This document shows positions 26,801 to 41,249 of a stretch of 64,000 nucleotides of DNA, piece by piece. Source of the DNA: Octopus bimaculoides (taxonomy: Eukaryota); the NCBI RefSeq assembly GCF_001194135.2, contig NC_068985.1, positions 68,099,960 through 68,163,959 on the forward strand. The letters are read 5' to 3'. The notes beneath the pieces were generated by a model. It had not been told where the DNA came from. It saw only the letters and a list, made by a program, of their open reading frames with translations, and did no database searches. A program made the translations under genes and the position numbers. Position 1 is the first letter of the stretch. Every line of letters begins with the position of its first letter.

Positions 26801-29244
26801 CTCTTTTGAAAAGACAAGAAGGAAATTAAAAATAATATCACCGGTAAATAACTCCGTCATTTTTGGTTCATTTATTGTCATTGACAGGTGGTAGTGATAC
26901 TTATAAAGTGGTATTCGTTTTGGAAAACAGCATGTTACAATAAGACTCCTGATACATTGAAATACCGTAGAACACTCTCTTGCAGCTAAGACTATCTTTA
27001 TCATAAAAGTATTTCATGAAACGTGGGACAAAAGGTCGAGTTGTCTATGTACACTCGACGAATTGCAATCATAGATTCACAAACTTGTATTTAGATTGCA
27101 GTAAGTTTATCGAAACATCGCTTACTTTTCTCTTTTCAAATAAAACAATTCTAGTGGAATGTAAAAAGTATAAATGACTGATTTATGAACTTCATTAGCC
27201 TACTGCTGTTTCCACTATTAGATGCGTTGGACACATTACTGAGGGCTTGAGTAACACCTTATGCCTTCAACACACTCTCAAACGTGAAGTACGATATATT
27301 TGAAAAAGCAATTAAATTTATGCGTATATAGCATTACCAATGAGAAAGTGCACACACACATACACACACACACACACACACATATATAAATGCATTTATN
27401 NNNNNNNNNNNNNNNNNNNNNNNNNTATATATATATGGGGGGGGGTGTATATGTATATATTCGTGTAATATTTTTACAGTCTCTATCAAACTTAAGGAAA
27501 GAAAAAAGAACGTAATATCGTGAAAAATGTTAAAGTATGTATCAACATTTAACCCTAAAATTACCGAAATATTTGACCATATTTATAAATACACAGATAT
27601 ATGAAGATAAAATAAAATGAAATATTTCAATCAAATGCAAAAGGAAACACATAACATACAAAATATTCCAAAAAATTCATTAAAATATTTCGAAAGCCAA
27701 TGTTACAAATTGAGGAAGACTGAACTGTAATACATAACTGCATTTGATGAAAGATAAGGATTTCTAGAAAACTATATCGGACAAAGTTTATTACCATTAG
27801 GCAAAGTACTAAAGGTCCCCATTGAAAGATATGATAATGAGGAAATTTTAAAAATCTGTTAAGTGCACATATAGTGATATGTGTGGAAATGAACCTAGCG
27901 AGATCTAAAGCATTTTAATTTATATCTGCTCAGAGTTATTTTCAATAAAGAAGTAACATCTGCAACAAATAATTAACAAAGGAAATCCTGAAGTATATGT
28001 CATATTAAACAAGTTAATAACCGCTGGAATTATCGTGAAAGAATAAGGCTTTTATTCGAAGGAACGCTTTGCAGAACGTTATTTGAAGTCTTCTCGAATA
28101 TCTCTATGAGTCTAAAAAGATTTCTAATAAATATGAACATGTTTAAATATTTAAAGGAAATATGAAAATTATTTACTATTAACAACTCTATTGGAAATTC
28201 TGCAGCTTATTTTATGGTGCTACATCAATTATAAAGATCTTCACACGCGTTATCCTGCCATTTCATTCATAATCCTTCAATTAATTTCTAGGAAACCTTC
28301 TCTGTTTCCTATAGTCATATTTTCTTTTCTCGGTAGTTTTCACATTCTGACTTATCATCATAGTTCATATTTTGCCTTCTTTCTTGATTAACGGTTTTCA
28401 TTCTTTCTCTATATAGCTTTGTCGTTAGGATTAATGTTAGGGTTAGGGCATGTTGAAGCTCCATTTCTTGCATTAAATCTAACCTTACTTCCTGATTTAA
28501 AGCGTTTAGTTCATTCTGATTCTTCTTTCTTGAGCTATCTTCGAAATATGTTGCTTTACATCTACATCAAAACTTTTTGTGCTACTCGATCACACATGCA
28601 ACAGTAGCGAAGAAGCCTGGAATGAGTATCCTACGAGGTTCAATCATGTCGTTGATCTGATTTTGTGCATCATCTCAGCAGTGAGATCCGCTTTGAAGTA
28701 AAAACATGTGAAAGGATTTAGGCGGTGGGTCAGTCCTTATCAAGGTCTTATTTAAGACAGTGGTATAGGAAATAATTGACATGAGCCTGGATCTGAACAG
28801 GGTGATAAGTTTTGCGAACATACTGGTGGCAAAGCTCTCTCAGATGATCCATGGAGTGTAAGGAGGTACAAAGACTATAAAAACATTTAATGTTCACATT
28901 CTTAAACGATTAACTTTCAGGCAGGATATAGAAACCATCTACTCTAGATAATAATAATTCTTTTCTAATGTATCTAAATTTGAAAGATGCTGGCAATGGA
29001 AGTAATTCATTACCTCATAATAATAATACATATTTATTAATGGGATAATGATTTTTCCAAATAGGAGTGTTTATCGTAAAACATTGTTTTACAACAAATT
29101 CTATGCAACCAACGTGAACTCAAATTCAAATTCATGTTTGCGATATTCATATTTAAAAATCAATTAGACCACCTATCTCAGTGAGTAAAAAACAGACGCA
29201 TAAACATAAATGTATACAGCAATCTGTATATCTGTACTTATTTG

Positions 29245-29280
<36 letters not shown>

Positions 29281-29974
29281 NNNNNNNNNNNNNNNNNNNN
29301 NNNNNNNNNNNNNNNNNNNNNNNNNNNNNNNNNNNNNNNNNNNNNNNNNNNNNNNNNNNNNNNNNNNNNNNNNNNNNNNNNNNNNNNNNNNNNNNNNNNN
29401 NNNNNNNNNNNNNNNNNNNNNNNTATATATATATATATATATATTAATAAATTATAGGGTGGCATGATAAAGGAAACGAAAGATGGATTTAGTACGAATC
29501 TTTTATCAGCACCATGGTCGTTTTGACTCATCTTGCCGGTACAACCTCAGATATATCTTATGCTCTGTCACTGTACCAATGTACATCTAGTCACGACAGC
29601 ATGCCAAGTAGGTCTCTCTATATATAGTTAGATAATATTTCCTATAACCAAGCACCTGAAGTGACACAGCCAACGCTGATTGATGCAACGCAAACAGATG
29701 CATAATATCCTACTCCTAAGGGGAAGTTGCAAGATGAGTGGAAACTATCATCGTGCTGAATAAAGATTCGTACTAAATCCATTGTCCGTTTCCTTAATCA
29801 ACTATAAACTCAACAAACACTGCGGATTCCTGACGTAGATCAAGTTAAAATTATATCTTTATATACCCAAAGTAGGTTTATGCATATTTATGTATAGGAC
29901 AATCAGTTAGTTGTCATAATAAAGCTCAGAGTTTCGGATGTCGGGGCTGGAGCCTGTTCCGGCATCTCATCAGT

Positions 29975-30830
29975 TATTACCGTTTTTAGATACCCTTATT
30001 AAGAACGTCGAGAACAAGATAGAGGCAGATATCTATTACAAAACCACGGACTCGAAACGGTACCTGCCATTTGATTCTTGCCACCCGAGAAACACCAGAA
30101 TCAGATACAAACACCCGTTACACACGACTCCAGGAATTAAAAACTACACTCATCAATAGGAATTACAGACAAGCCGTAATCGACAATACGATCCAACGAG
30201 TCCTTAAATTAAATACGCAAGAACGTAGACAACCAAGACCACAGAAGGAAGAAAAATTGGAAACTCTCGCCACACACAACCCACATAACATTGAGGCCTT
30301 CAACACTATACTCCATAGCACAGTTCTACTCAAGTGGGACCAAAAGATTAATCAAATCCTCTAAATACACACAATCATCAAAAGTAAGAAACAGCCAAAA
30401 TCAATGAAGAGGATTTTAAACCAGGCCTAATTACACTCCGCTATAACCACAGAGCCCAACTGTGGGATCGGTATCAACGTAATAGAAGGATCAGAATACC
30501 GATTTTACCATAAAGTTTTACCATAAAAACTAACTTTACGTGTACATCGGGGAATTTGATTTACTTAATAACATGCTCGGGATGCAAACAGCAATATATT
30601 GGACACACATAAAACAGCCTACATCAGAGGATGGCGGTGCACAAATCCCAAATTAGAATTCCATAATACAGGAAAATATGTGTCAGCCAACACATAGACA
30701 GGTGTGCATTCAATAAATATCTCAAATTCACAACTTGTCATTTATACAAACTCAAAGACAATGTTAGCCAAACGCATTAGCAAGGCAATGCATTTCATTT
30801 GAAAGTATTAACCGAGTCTAAATTCTTTTA
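29975..30830 (+). mobile_element. Penelope-like element fragment (RT thumb + GIY-YIG)
   Basis: LPFLDTLI...DIYYKTTDSKRYLPFDSCHP; RLQELKTTLINRNY; NFTCTSGNLIYLITCSGCKQQYIGHT; VHKSQIR. Confidence 0.88.
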
Positions 30831-31249
30831 AGCTCGGAACACTGAAACTATATCTATATTATTCATAAGAAATAAAAGTGAGAGATTGAATTCATTTCTG
30901 TGAAGACATCAGGGCAGATAACTTTACGACAACTATTATTGCTGCTGCTTATTTGACTGCTGCGACCACTTCTTTTGAAAATTTACCAACACAGAGAGCA
31001 GCTGAAGTTGCTACAAGTAATGTCACAAAAATTAAAGAAAATTACCACGTGTTCTTGCAGGAAAAAGAAAAGTACACTATGAACGTTTATTTTATTAATA
31101 ATTTTATTAATAATATTTTTTTCTCTACATATTTCATTTAAGTACATATTTTTAACAGAAACATGTAATACAAAAACAATTTTGAATGTATTTTGGGAAA
31201 GAAATTTAAATGTACCAATTTTTTAAAAAGTAGCATTTTCCTTCTTCTT

Positions 31250-31285
<36 letters not shown>

Positions 31286-31407
31286 AATTGCAGCGTGGAA
31301 GGTGTTTATGAGCCATTTAAAATAACACACAAAATCCGTTAGATTCACTTCAACATTTAAATTTAATTTGTCAAAATATTTTCGTCGCTTTGAGTGCTGC
31401 ATCGATG

Positions 31408-32197
31408 NNNNNNNNNNNNNNNNNNNNNNNNNNNNNNNNNNNNNNNNNNNNNNNNNNNNNNNNNNNNNNNNNNNNNNNNNNNNNNNNNNNNNNNNNNNNN
31501 NNNNNNNNNNNNNNNNNNNNNNNNNNNNNNNNNNNNNNNNNNNNNNNNNNNNNNNNNNNNNNNNNNNNNNNNNNNNNNNNNNNNNNNNNNNNNNNNNNNN
31601 NNNNNNNNNNNNNNNNNNNNNNNNNNNNNNNNNNNNNNNNNNNNNNNNNNNNNNNNNNNNNNNNNNNNNNNNNNNNNNNNNNNNNNNNNNNNNNNNNNNN
31701 NNNNNNNNNNNNNNNNNNNNNNNNNNNNNNNNNNNNNNNNNNNNNNNNNNNNNNNNNNNNNNNNNNNNNNNNNNNNNNNNNNNNNNNNNNNNNNNNNNNN
31801 NNNNNNNNNNNNNNNNNNNNNNNNNNNNNNNNNNNNNNNNNNNNNNNNNNNNNNNNNNNNNNNNNNNNNNNNNNNNNNNNNNNNNNNNNNNNNNNNNNNN
31901 NNNNNNNNNNNNNNNNNNNNNNNNNNNNNNNNNNNNNNNNNNNNNNNNNNNNNNNNNNNNNNNNNNNNNNNNNNNNNNNNNNNNNNNNNNNNNNNNNNNN
32001 NNNNNNNNNNNNNNNNNNNNNNNNNNNNNNNNNNNNNNNNNNNNNNNNNNNNNNNNNNNNNNNNNNNNNNNNNNNNNNNNNNNNNNNNNNNNNNNNNNNN
32101 NNNNNNNNNNNNNNNNNNNNNNNNNNNNNNNNNNNNNNNNNNNNNNNNNNNNNNNNNNNNNNNNNNNNNNNNNNNNNNNNNNNNNNNNNNNNNNNNN
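31408..32197. other. Assembly gap (largest N run in the window)
   Basis: Direct reading. Further gaps at ~5686-5939, 10495-10668, 29281-29423, 50483-50568, 58560-58865 and several short ones. Confidence 0.99.
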
Positions 32198-32214
32198 GTG
32201 TGCTCTTCCGATCT
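32198..32214 (+). other. Illumina TruSeq adapter remnant at contig start
   Basis: GTGTGCTCTTCCGATCT is the 3' end of the TruSeq read-2 primer/adapter and sits directly after the N run. Confidence 0.92.
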
Positions 32215-33380
32215 GCATCTCCTGCTCTCTCTGTGCTTCCCTGTACATTGGTGAAACGGGACCCCGCTTGGCTGATTGGTCCGCTGAGCACCTCTGGGAC
32301 ATCAGACTCGGCAATGATACCCCAGTCTCGCGCCATTTCCGCTTCAGCGGTCATTCGCTACAACCACTGGCTGTGATCGGACTGTCTCTGCACAGGGGCC
32401 ACCCGGACTTCAGTATTCGCTGAGAACAGGTATTAATCTTCTCTCTTCGTTCCTTATCATCACCCTGGCTCAACTCATCTCCACACTTCATCTGACACCA
32501 AACTCACCTGCTCTCTTCATTTGACACAAATCCTTCATGGGTCCCACTCACCTCTCATACTCTGCACACCCACGTACCACCCACCTTGGTAACCTCACCC
32601 ACACTCATCACTATACACACACCTATACACACTGTTCAACTCATCACTCACTCCACACAACGTTAGACGCACACCCACAACAATTTCCCACTCCACCACT
32701 TCTCAGTATACACACAACGCATCAACATCCCCCCACACAATCTTCGATAGCGACACCACACATACCACTATATGAGCAACCAAACACACATTGTTTAAAT
32801 CAGTACACACACCACACACTATCATGCACACTCCGACATCTACACAAGCACATAATACCACAACGCAGACGATATATATATACATACACACAAACGCAGC
32901 ACGCAAAAACACAGACAATAACTTTCAGCCACATACGTACACTATACACACACACACATGCACATAAGTGAAAAAGCACGCATGAGGTGCTCCACACACA
33001 TACGTTACATGCACACGCACACACACGTTAAACTCACTCGTCCCTATTCACACATACATATTCACAGACACCATTCTCACATACTTACATGCGCTTGCGA
33101 CATCCACTTGTTGGGGTCACGATGAATTATCTCCCCTTCATTCAACCTCTCTTTATCATTATCTCCCATTCATACAACCTCTTTTCTTCTAATCATCACC
33201 ATGTTCCACCACTGAACTCAACACGTTTTTTTTTCCGTCTCTCTCTATTTATATCCTATTATTCCCTTATATCGAAGAGCGTAGGTTTGAAACATGAAAG
33301 ACTTTTCCATTTTTCCCGAGCGTGAATCTAATACACTTGCTTGTTGTTTCTACATCTATCTTCGTCTTTGTTTTTCTATA
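32214..33380 (+). mobile_element. Penelope-like element 3' end (GIY-YIG C-terminus, CA-rich low-complexity tract, pseudo-LTR)
   Basis: CISCSLCASLYIGETG.RLAD..AEHLWDIRLGNDTPVSRHF...GH...LIFSLRS...GLN. The 3' boundary is approximate. Confidence 0.85.
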
Positions 33381-33499
33381 AATTTGAACTCTGTGTGTAT
33401 ATGTGTGCTTGTGCATTCATACATTTATATATATATGACTCAAAATCAATTTCTCTCAATGTGTATGTATATATATATATATATGTGCGTAGGTGTACG

Positions 33500-33541
<42 letters not shown>

Positions 33542-34043
33542 CATCCATACATACAAACATGAATGCATCCATCCAGTCATGCATACATAACATGTATACA
33601 CATATACACCACACTCACATACACACACAATCATAAATATATAAAAATGCAATGATTTCAAACTTTATCTCCAAATTTAAATAAGAATGATAACTTATGC
33701 GTCAATTATTAATCTGAAATAACTTATCTGTGTTATTCACGTTCACATATTGTGCTTGACTCACCTTAACCCTCAGTATATACATTTCAAAATAGGTTTA
33801 GCCCCTGCACAAATCAATATCTTCTCGTATACTAAATATATTCAATCAATATTTGGATGTTTAACAAATGTAATTGCTATGAATCGACTCGCTTTGTTTA
33901 CTTCATGGCATTTGCGATAATTTCGTTATGAATAAGTGAAATCACGCCAGAACACACTCTTCTGCTATTGTCCAATTGAAATTGATCTAAGTTTACTGTT
34001 CATTCAAATTAATCCGTAAATTCTCTAATATACTCTCTTTCTT

Positions 34044-34102
<59 letters not shown>

Positions 34103-34859
34103 CGCACACATACACACAAATATTACATACACACAAACACATATAATCACACGTACAATTAAATATTACAAAGCTTCGCTGTGGAAGGGCGAACAAATGA
34201 ATGTAATACCATTTTTTTATGCTATGGGTGTACGAAAAAAACAGAGCGTAGCTTTGACAGATAACACGCAAGACTTACTAGAGCGTTCAGCTACCAGTGA
34301 GAATAAAAATAAAAGAGGTTATCTTCTTGGTGGGTAGCCTACTTTACATATTTCTAACTTTGCTGACTTGAAGTTAAGCAATATGTAATTTTTATGTAAA
34401 AAGCATAACTCAGGAGAAAAAGAAAAAAAAAGGAAGAGAATTGAATATTACTAGAGTAGCCGAAAGGGAGAAAGGATCAAAATATACTGATTTTGCGTCA
34501 CTGATGTCAAGAAACAAGAGGCAGTGTGTCTCTCTTTGGACAGATTTCCAATTTGTTGATCAATCCTAGGCGAAGATGTACCTATTTGCTTCCCCAATAA
34601 AGAAGTTATGTGCGCAAATTGATGTACCCACCAAAGTGTCAACCTGATTTATGACAAGTTTCAAAAGGACTAAAATCATTTGGCATTCCCATAAGAAGCT
34701 TGCATAAAGAAGATCCTAAAATGTAGTAGTAGTATGAATACTTAAGTGCAGATAGTAGTATGAATACTTAAGTGCAGATACTTAGCTCAGGAAAGTCTAC
34801 GACGTTCGGTTGGACATTGTTATTGAGTAACATTTGTTAGTTATGTAACACGTTATTAG

Positions 34860-35858
34860 TGAAAATAAGAATCAACAGTAGAAAAGCGGCTGCTGAATTT
34901 AGGAGGAGAAAAATATGTCTTGAAGATGACCCAAAGTCTAGATACCCTCCAACTGACACAAACAAGGAAGACATTGATTGTCTTCACCACATGGTGATAG
35001 ATGGCAAGTAATTGATTGTAAATTGAATAGCCGATAACCTGTGACAGAATTGTGAATACTCTTCACGATGAACTAAGCATGACGAAGAATTCTGTTCGGT
35101 GGGTGCCACGTCTTCTGACACCTGATGGAAAGTTCATCAGGCTGATTACATCTCGGGGAAAAAATGACACTATTTGAAACAGATCCAGCTCGTTCTTTGA
35201 ACGATTCATAACCCAGGATGAGTGATCATTTTGTGCCAGAGACAAAGACAATCTATGCAGTGGAAATGCCTCTCCTCACCTACTCCAAGGAAGGCCAAGG
35301 TCGATTCTTCTGCGGGGAAAGTAATGGCCACAGATTTTTGAGATGCAAAAGGTTATTGTGTTTATTGACTGTCTTGAAAGGGGACATATCATCAATGGAG
35401 AGTACTATGCCAACTTGCTGAGGCAGTTAAAAAAGGCTATCAAGACCTAAGGCTCAGGAAAACTGATGAAAGGGATTTTGCTTCATCAGGACAATGCTCC
35501 AGTAGACTGGTCTTTTGTTTCAATGGCTCTTGTGCGTGACTGTGGCCTTGAACTGGTTGATCTCCCACCCTATTCTCTTGAATTCACCCCATCTATTTAT
35601 CAACTATTCCCCATCATGGAAAAGTACGTGGCTGAGAACCAATATAGTAGTGATGATGATAATGATGATGTCATATCTGCTGTTGATGACTTTTTGACCA
35701 ACAGAACAAAAGCTTCTTTAGCAATGGGATCCAAGATCTGCAATATTGCTGGACGAAGTGTGAAGACCACAAAGGGGGCTATTTTGAAAAATAAACCTCA
35801 TTTGGTCACACTACATGAGAATAACTTGGTCAGCCGATGAACTTTTCAGCTGACCCCC
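34860..35858 (+). mobile_element. Mariner (irritans-like) transposase remnant with right TIR
   Basis: WVPRLLTPD, TQDE, HQDNAP and LPPYS motifs with many indels; 3' end GAACTTTTCAGCTGACCCC. Confidence 0.85.
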
Positions 35859-36834
35859 AAAGAGTGAACATTCAATTAAGTAGATAGTGTACTGAATAAC
35901 AAGATGAAGATTAATCAAGGCTTAACCACGATGTTTCGCTATATCTTAAACTGGGGCAGTTAACTTTGAGCCGTCTCACACTATATAGCTATAAGTTGTT
36001 ACTTTGACAAATCATATTCTTGCTGCAAATTATAGTTTCATCGCATATGACATCATCATTATCATCATCACTAGGAGGGAGAAAACAAAGAACTCGTTTG
36101 AATTTGAGAAATAACATTTAAGTCGTATCACGCATCAATCATAATCATCTTTAAAAAAAAGATTAAATAATGGTATTCTGGGTGCATATTACATGCATTA
36201 ACATGAGTTGATGATGGCTATAAATTTCTGGAAATAACTTCATAAAGATTAAACAACAACAACAACTAAATTTCGTTAGGGTGCACCTGAATTTTGCTGT
36301 GCGATGTAGATGAAATTCTGATACGACCAGAATAAATTCCATAAATGTGAACTATACAAAACATACCAACCTACAACGTTGAAAAATATAACATTGTATA
36401 TTAACGGTATCTATTTATCAATATTGGACGTTTGGTTTAAGTGGATGGAACTAGAGCTCAGAACTAAATGAAACAAAAGCATACAGTGAGCGCAATCCAT
36501 TTACACCTGCATATATCCCGTTAATATTACTGCTGTCTCTTCGTTATTATCTATACAGTCTAGTGTTAACCAAACTGAATTCTCATATAAATACCGAAAT
36601 TTATCACATTGTGCAGATATCCAAATATATAATTCCAGAAGCTCTAATAAATATTCAAGCTGTAAGTGTCGTGTGTAGATATCCTATTAAATTCCTCCAT
36701 CTTCCCAAAGGGCTGAATGACATTACAAGCTACTCTTCCCTGAAGCAATTGGGTGATAAATATTGATTTCTTCCTAGTAGAATCACATGTAGAAGAGTAA
36801 GGTAGCATGTTCGGGATGAATAAGTGAGTTTGTG

Positions 36835-36915
36835 TATATTGTGTGAGTGTGTGTATGTGTGTGTGTGTCTGTGTGTGTGTGTGTGTGTGTTTGTGTGTAT
36901 GTGTGTGTGTGTGTT

Positions 36916-36997
<82 letters not shown>

Positions 36998-37005
36998 CGT
37001 GTGTG
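36835..37005. repeat. (TG)n microsatellite, interrupted
   Basis: Direct reading. Confidence 0.95.
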
Positions 37006-38676
37006 TCATGAGGAAACCAACGTGCAATACAGACATTGACGGTTGTACAACAGTCAATAAAATCATATCTTATATATGAACAGCTAGAATGTGGAATGAA
37101 ATGCGATATTATGACGTTAGTATGGCTGTAAATATTATTGGCAGCGTAAAGGAACGGATTTCAAATTATTTCAACCAGGAATATGAACTAATAATGTGAC
37201 AGATTGCCATTATCTAAGATGTTCCATGGTTGATGAATATTAAGTTTATAATATACTATAAATTATTATACATATATGTGTTATAATATAAGTACATCCG
37301 GAAACACACAAATTCACACAAATATATATATAGAGCATACGCACACACACACTTATAAAACAAGGAAGATGAAGATATCAATATAGCATAAGTTCAATGC
37401 TGGTTACAATTGTCTCAGTATCCTTCTGCTTCGAACCGCATTCCATATACATGACTATGTTACACAAGACATGTATAAATATATTCATTGGGTGCGAAGA
37501 GGAAGTTTACTGCTGCTTCGAAACAAAAAATGATAATATCAATGATATTACCAGTAAACATACATTGGACATTGGTACAACCTTGGACAGTAATTAAACC
37601 ACAACGGACAATGATAAAATTTATAGTAGTGACAATATTAGAATCATACCTCTGAGAATTGTTCTTGATCAGATGAATAAATATGAAACATTTTCCCATC
37701 CTACCCGGTTCAGATGAAACTAGGACACAATTTGCTGTGACCTTGAATCCATGCTATCAGTCGTGTTTCCTTCAGATAATCAAGAGTACTGAAACAACTG
37801 TAACCAATGCCTCTTTATAAGACGCACAAACATCTTCTAGACTAATGTAATTTTAAGAAGGTATGATCCCAGTGGTGATCCTATATTAAGATCTATGTTT
37901 GTGACAGGATGCAGCACTTATAGGCTAATTACAAGTAGAGTTGAAAGTTAGAAATGAGGTCGCTCTTAGGGCAAACCAACTTCAATAAAACTGAAGGTAA
38001 AGAATGTCATAACATCAGTAGTTCAAACATCTTCTATGAAATCATCTTTGAAATTACTAAGTAAAAATGTTTCGCTCATGGAATGGAGAAGAGCTGGGTT
38101 TCTCTAAAAGTGGCTCAGTAAACATCTGCAGCTGACATGACTGGCCATCCAAGTAGATATCTTTGGATTAGTTTAGTGAAAGTAACATGCAAATCATAGT
38201 CAAAATTGACGCTCTCTGTTCATATAAAGTTCTCAGTGAGGCAGAAAGAAATAGCTCGGGTGACACAAATCTCTGCTGGCACATATTATATAAGACAATT
38301 TTTTTGACAGGCTTCTCGTTGGAGATTTACCCATTCTCACCGCAGATACATGTGTCACAGAAAGTGAAGCAACTCGAAAATGATATGTTGGATACTGTTA
38401 AAGCCTTTCTGAACACAAGAAACTGACATATATGAATAATCTAATGATAAACTAGTGCAGAATGTCAACAGATGAATGTGCAAAAATGCCACTTCTTAGT
38501 ATAGATTTCAATCCCACCTAAATCTGAGCTTATAGCAATGAAAATTGTCATTGTCCCTCAAATCAAGGATTCTACAGTCAATCAGTTGTAAGAAAACAAA
38601 CTTGGCAGTGGTTCATTGGACAGTCATAAAGGTACTGCTAACTTCTCAGTACATGATATAATACTCCCGAATCGCC

Positions 38677-38775
38677 TCAATCACATCTTCCCATTAGCAA
38701 TTCCCTGCTGGGAAACCTGTGTGACGTAATCCATTCCATACCTGTAGCGGTTTGCTTGGCTAAGCTCAAGAACAT
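38677..38775 (-). CDS. Candidate coding exon (two open frames; one resembles protein kinase subdomain VIa)
   Basis: Acceptor tttctag. Frame 0 reads MFLSLAKQTATGMEWITSHRF...; the phase-1 frame reads DVLELSQANRYRYGMDY...KM*. Possible donors at 38741 (gtatgg) or 38716 (gtttcc). No supporting flanking exons identified. Confidence 0.25.
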   Translation of the reverse strand: MFLSLAKQTATGMEWITSHRFPSRELLMGRCD

Positions 38776-38809
38776 CTAGAAATATTGGCCACATTAACAA
38801 AATGTATGA

Positions 38810-38932
38810 ATGCAGAGAGAGAGGGGGGAGAGGAAGGAGAGAGGGAGGAGAGAGGGGAGAGGATGGAGAAAAGGGAGAGGATGGAGAGAGGGAGGAAGGA
38901 GAGAGGGGAGAGGATGGAGAGAGAGAGAGAAA
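38810..38932. repeat. Polypurine tract with imperfect tandem GGAGAGGGGAGAGGATGGAGA units
   Basis: Direct reading. Confidence 0.85.
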
Positions 38933-40802
38933 GGTAGTGATTGGATAGGGGAAAGTGTATTTTTTAAAATTGAACTAAGTTTTTATATCACCTATCACTT
39001 AACGCATGTGCATAAGAATAATTCTGTGAAATATTCACACTTATTAAGGTGGCAGAGATATACAACTTAACTAAAGGTTATATCACATGTATGGATATGT
39101 TTTTTTTTATTTATGGGGAAAATGGAAAAATAATAGCGAATATTTATTTTATGAGTACTGTGTATTAAGTGTATAAAATTGTGCATAAAATATATAAGGT
39201 GTACATATAAAGTGCATGAAGTAATCATCCTATTCTAATTTCTTTCACTTTTCAATGAGTAGCAGATGAGCAACTATCTTTTCATACTCACACAACACAA
39301 GCTAAACTTTCAGGTGTTTCAGATAAAGTTTTCAGAAGTAACCTAATAGGTTTATCATTAATTCAATGAAATATTCATGGGTCCTGCTAGTTATTAATAA
39401 TAGAATTATAAATTTCTGATCAGTATAATTTTATATCAATTTATTTTGAGGTTTTGAAGAAACATAATTTATGTTCTGAAAATAGTAGTATCCAGTCGAT
39501 TTTCTGAAGATAATACTTTAAAAAATCAAACAACCATACTCTGATCAATAGCATTATATTTCTAACACATAATTTGTTTGAATGAACTTCAAACAGGTTT
39601 ACATTTATGAATAAAAATAAAATATGTTGTGAAATAAAAGTAAATAATATGGGACAGCACATAATTCTAAATGGGCCAATGAATTTAGAAGTACCACTTT
39701 TGTCAAGAAGCGTAAGTTTATTGAATCATCACACATCGGTAGAAGTCAGTATGAAAACAATATGCATGTGTGTGTAGGTTGAGATAGATAGATAGATAGA
39801 TAGACTAGATAGATAGATAGATAGATGTGTGTGTGCATACAGAGAAATTGGAATAAATGTGAAATAGTGAGAGAATATGAGAGTTCAACAAGAACTTCTC
39901 ATCTCAGTGAACATTTGCAATTCTTAATATATTTCAAAGATAAGATGTTTATTATTGTTGTCTTTATCAAAATTGTTGAACATATATTTTATTAGTTTTC
40001 ATGCTGTTACTGCTGAGTTCAATATCATTCTGTTTTCGCTTCGTTTCTAAGTTTAACATTTTTCTAAATACCACTCTGGAAGAGACTATTGAATTCTACT
40101 ATCTTGATTTGAATGCCAAAGACAAGTGTCAGGGTTATATTACAAGCAGTGTGTCAAGAAGGTTAAATATAATCACAAGGAAACCTACCCCTGAAAGGAA
40201 ATGTCATCTATCAATGTTCAGCTTTCTTTTCAAAGGAAAACAGGGATGTTTTGTGAAGTGAGGAGGCAGGGAATCTTCGGTGTAATTGTTATTTTTCTGT
40301 TGCATGCAGTAGTAAATTTGTTTGCTGCTAATAGTAAATCTACCAACATCAATACCTCCTTAAAAATTATCAAATTTATACTGCTTATTGAAATTAAACC
40401 CTGGTTTCTAACTAACTAAGTAAGAACAATTTCTGATCATTTGTCACAAACTGGCATATTTTGTTCATGATTATTGCTTATGCTCTTTCTTAATTATATA
40501 TAATTTATCAGTCAAACCGATTATAGATTTTCAGATTGGTGGAATTAACCCTAATGTAACAGAATTCTTTTAATATAACTTTTTAAAATTCTTGTCGTAC
40601 TGTGTTCAAACCCCACACTAAAAGCTTCAAGTATTACAATTGCCTTGAATAGTCAACTATGATAGAACATTCATGTCTCAAACAAAGAACGAAGGCCCAC
40701 ACATAAAAAAATGAATATATATTGCATAGTACTATTGTACCTTTAGAAATCAAGGCAGACACAGAAGGCTAGCTCTTTGGATCAACTCTGCTCAAGAGCA
40801 CA

Positions 40803-40803
40803 C

Positions 40804-40872
<69 letters not shown>

Positions 40873-40896
40873 TATAGATAGATAGATAGATAGATA
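40803..40896. repeat. (GATA)n microsatellite (a shorter array is at ~39780-39826)
   Basis: Direct reading. Confidence 0.95.
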
Positions 40897-41159
40897 TGCA
40901 TATCGTTGTTACCTTAAGCTGTTGTATATCCAAATTTTATCAATATTTATTTCTTCTCGCAATAGCTTATTCTTTTGGTCAAAGTATCATATGTTCAGCT
41001 GCTTCGGATGCCAAGATATCAAAAATTGGCAAAGTGTAGTACAACAGTTTTACTATGGAATGGTGAAACTATTTTTCTGTTTTCTGAAAAAGCAATGTTT
41101 TGGAGTTATAACAGTTTTGCATAATAACAACAATATATATGTATGTGTGTATGCATATA

Positions 41160-41237
<78 letters not shown>

Positions 41238-41249
41238 TATGTATATTTC

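Noticed and set aside
31367-31395. 3' half of a hammerhead on - (GCGAC-GAAA-AUAU-UU-UGACAAA)
   Set aside because: The 5' half would lie in diverged sequence or the N gap, so it cannot be assessed from this window.
34727-34780. Exact 26-bp tandem duplication (TAGTAGTATGAATACTTAAGTGCAGA x2)
   Set aside because: It has two adjacent units and no spacer, so it is an ordinary slippage duplication and not a CRISPR or functional array.
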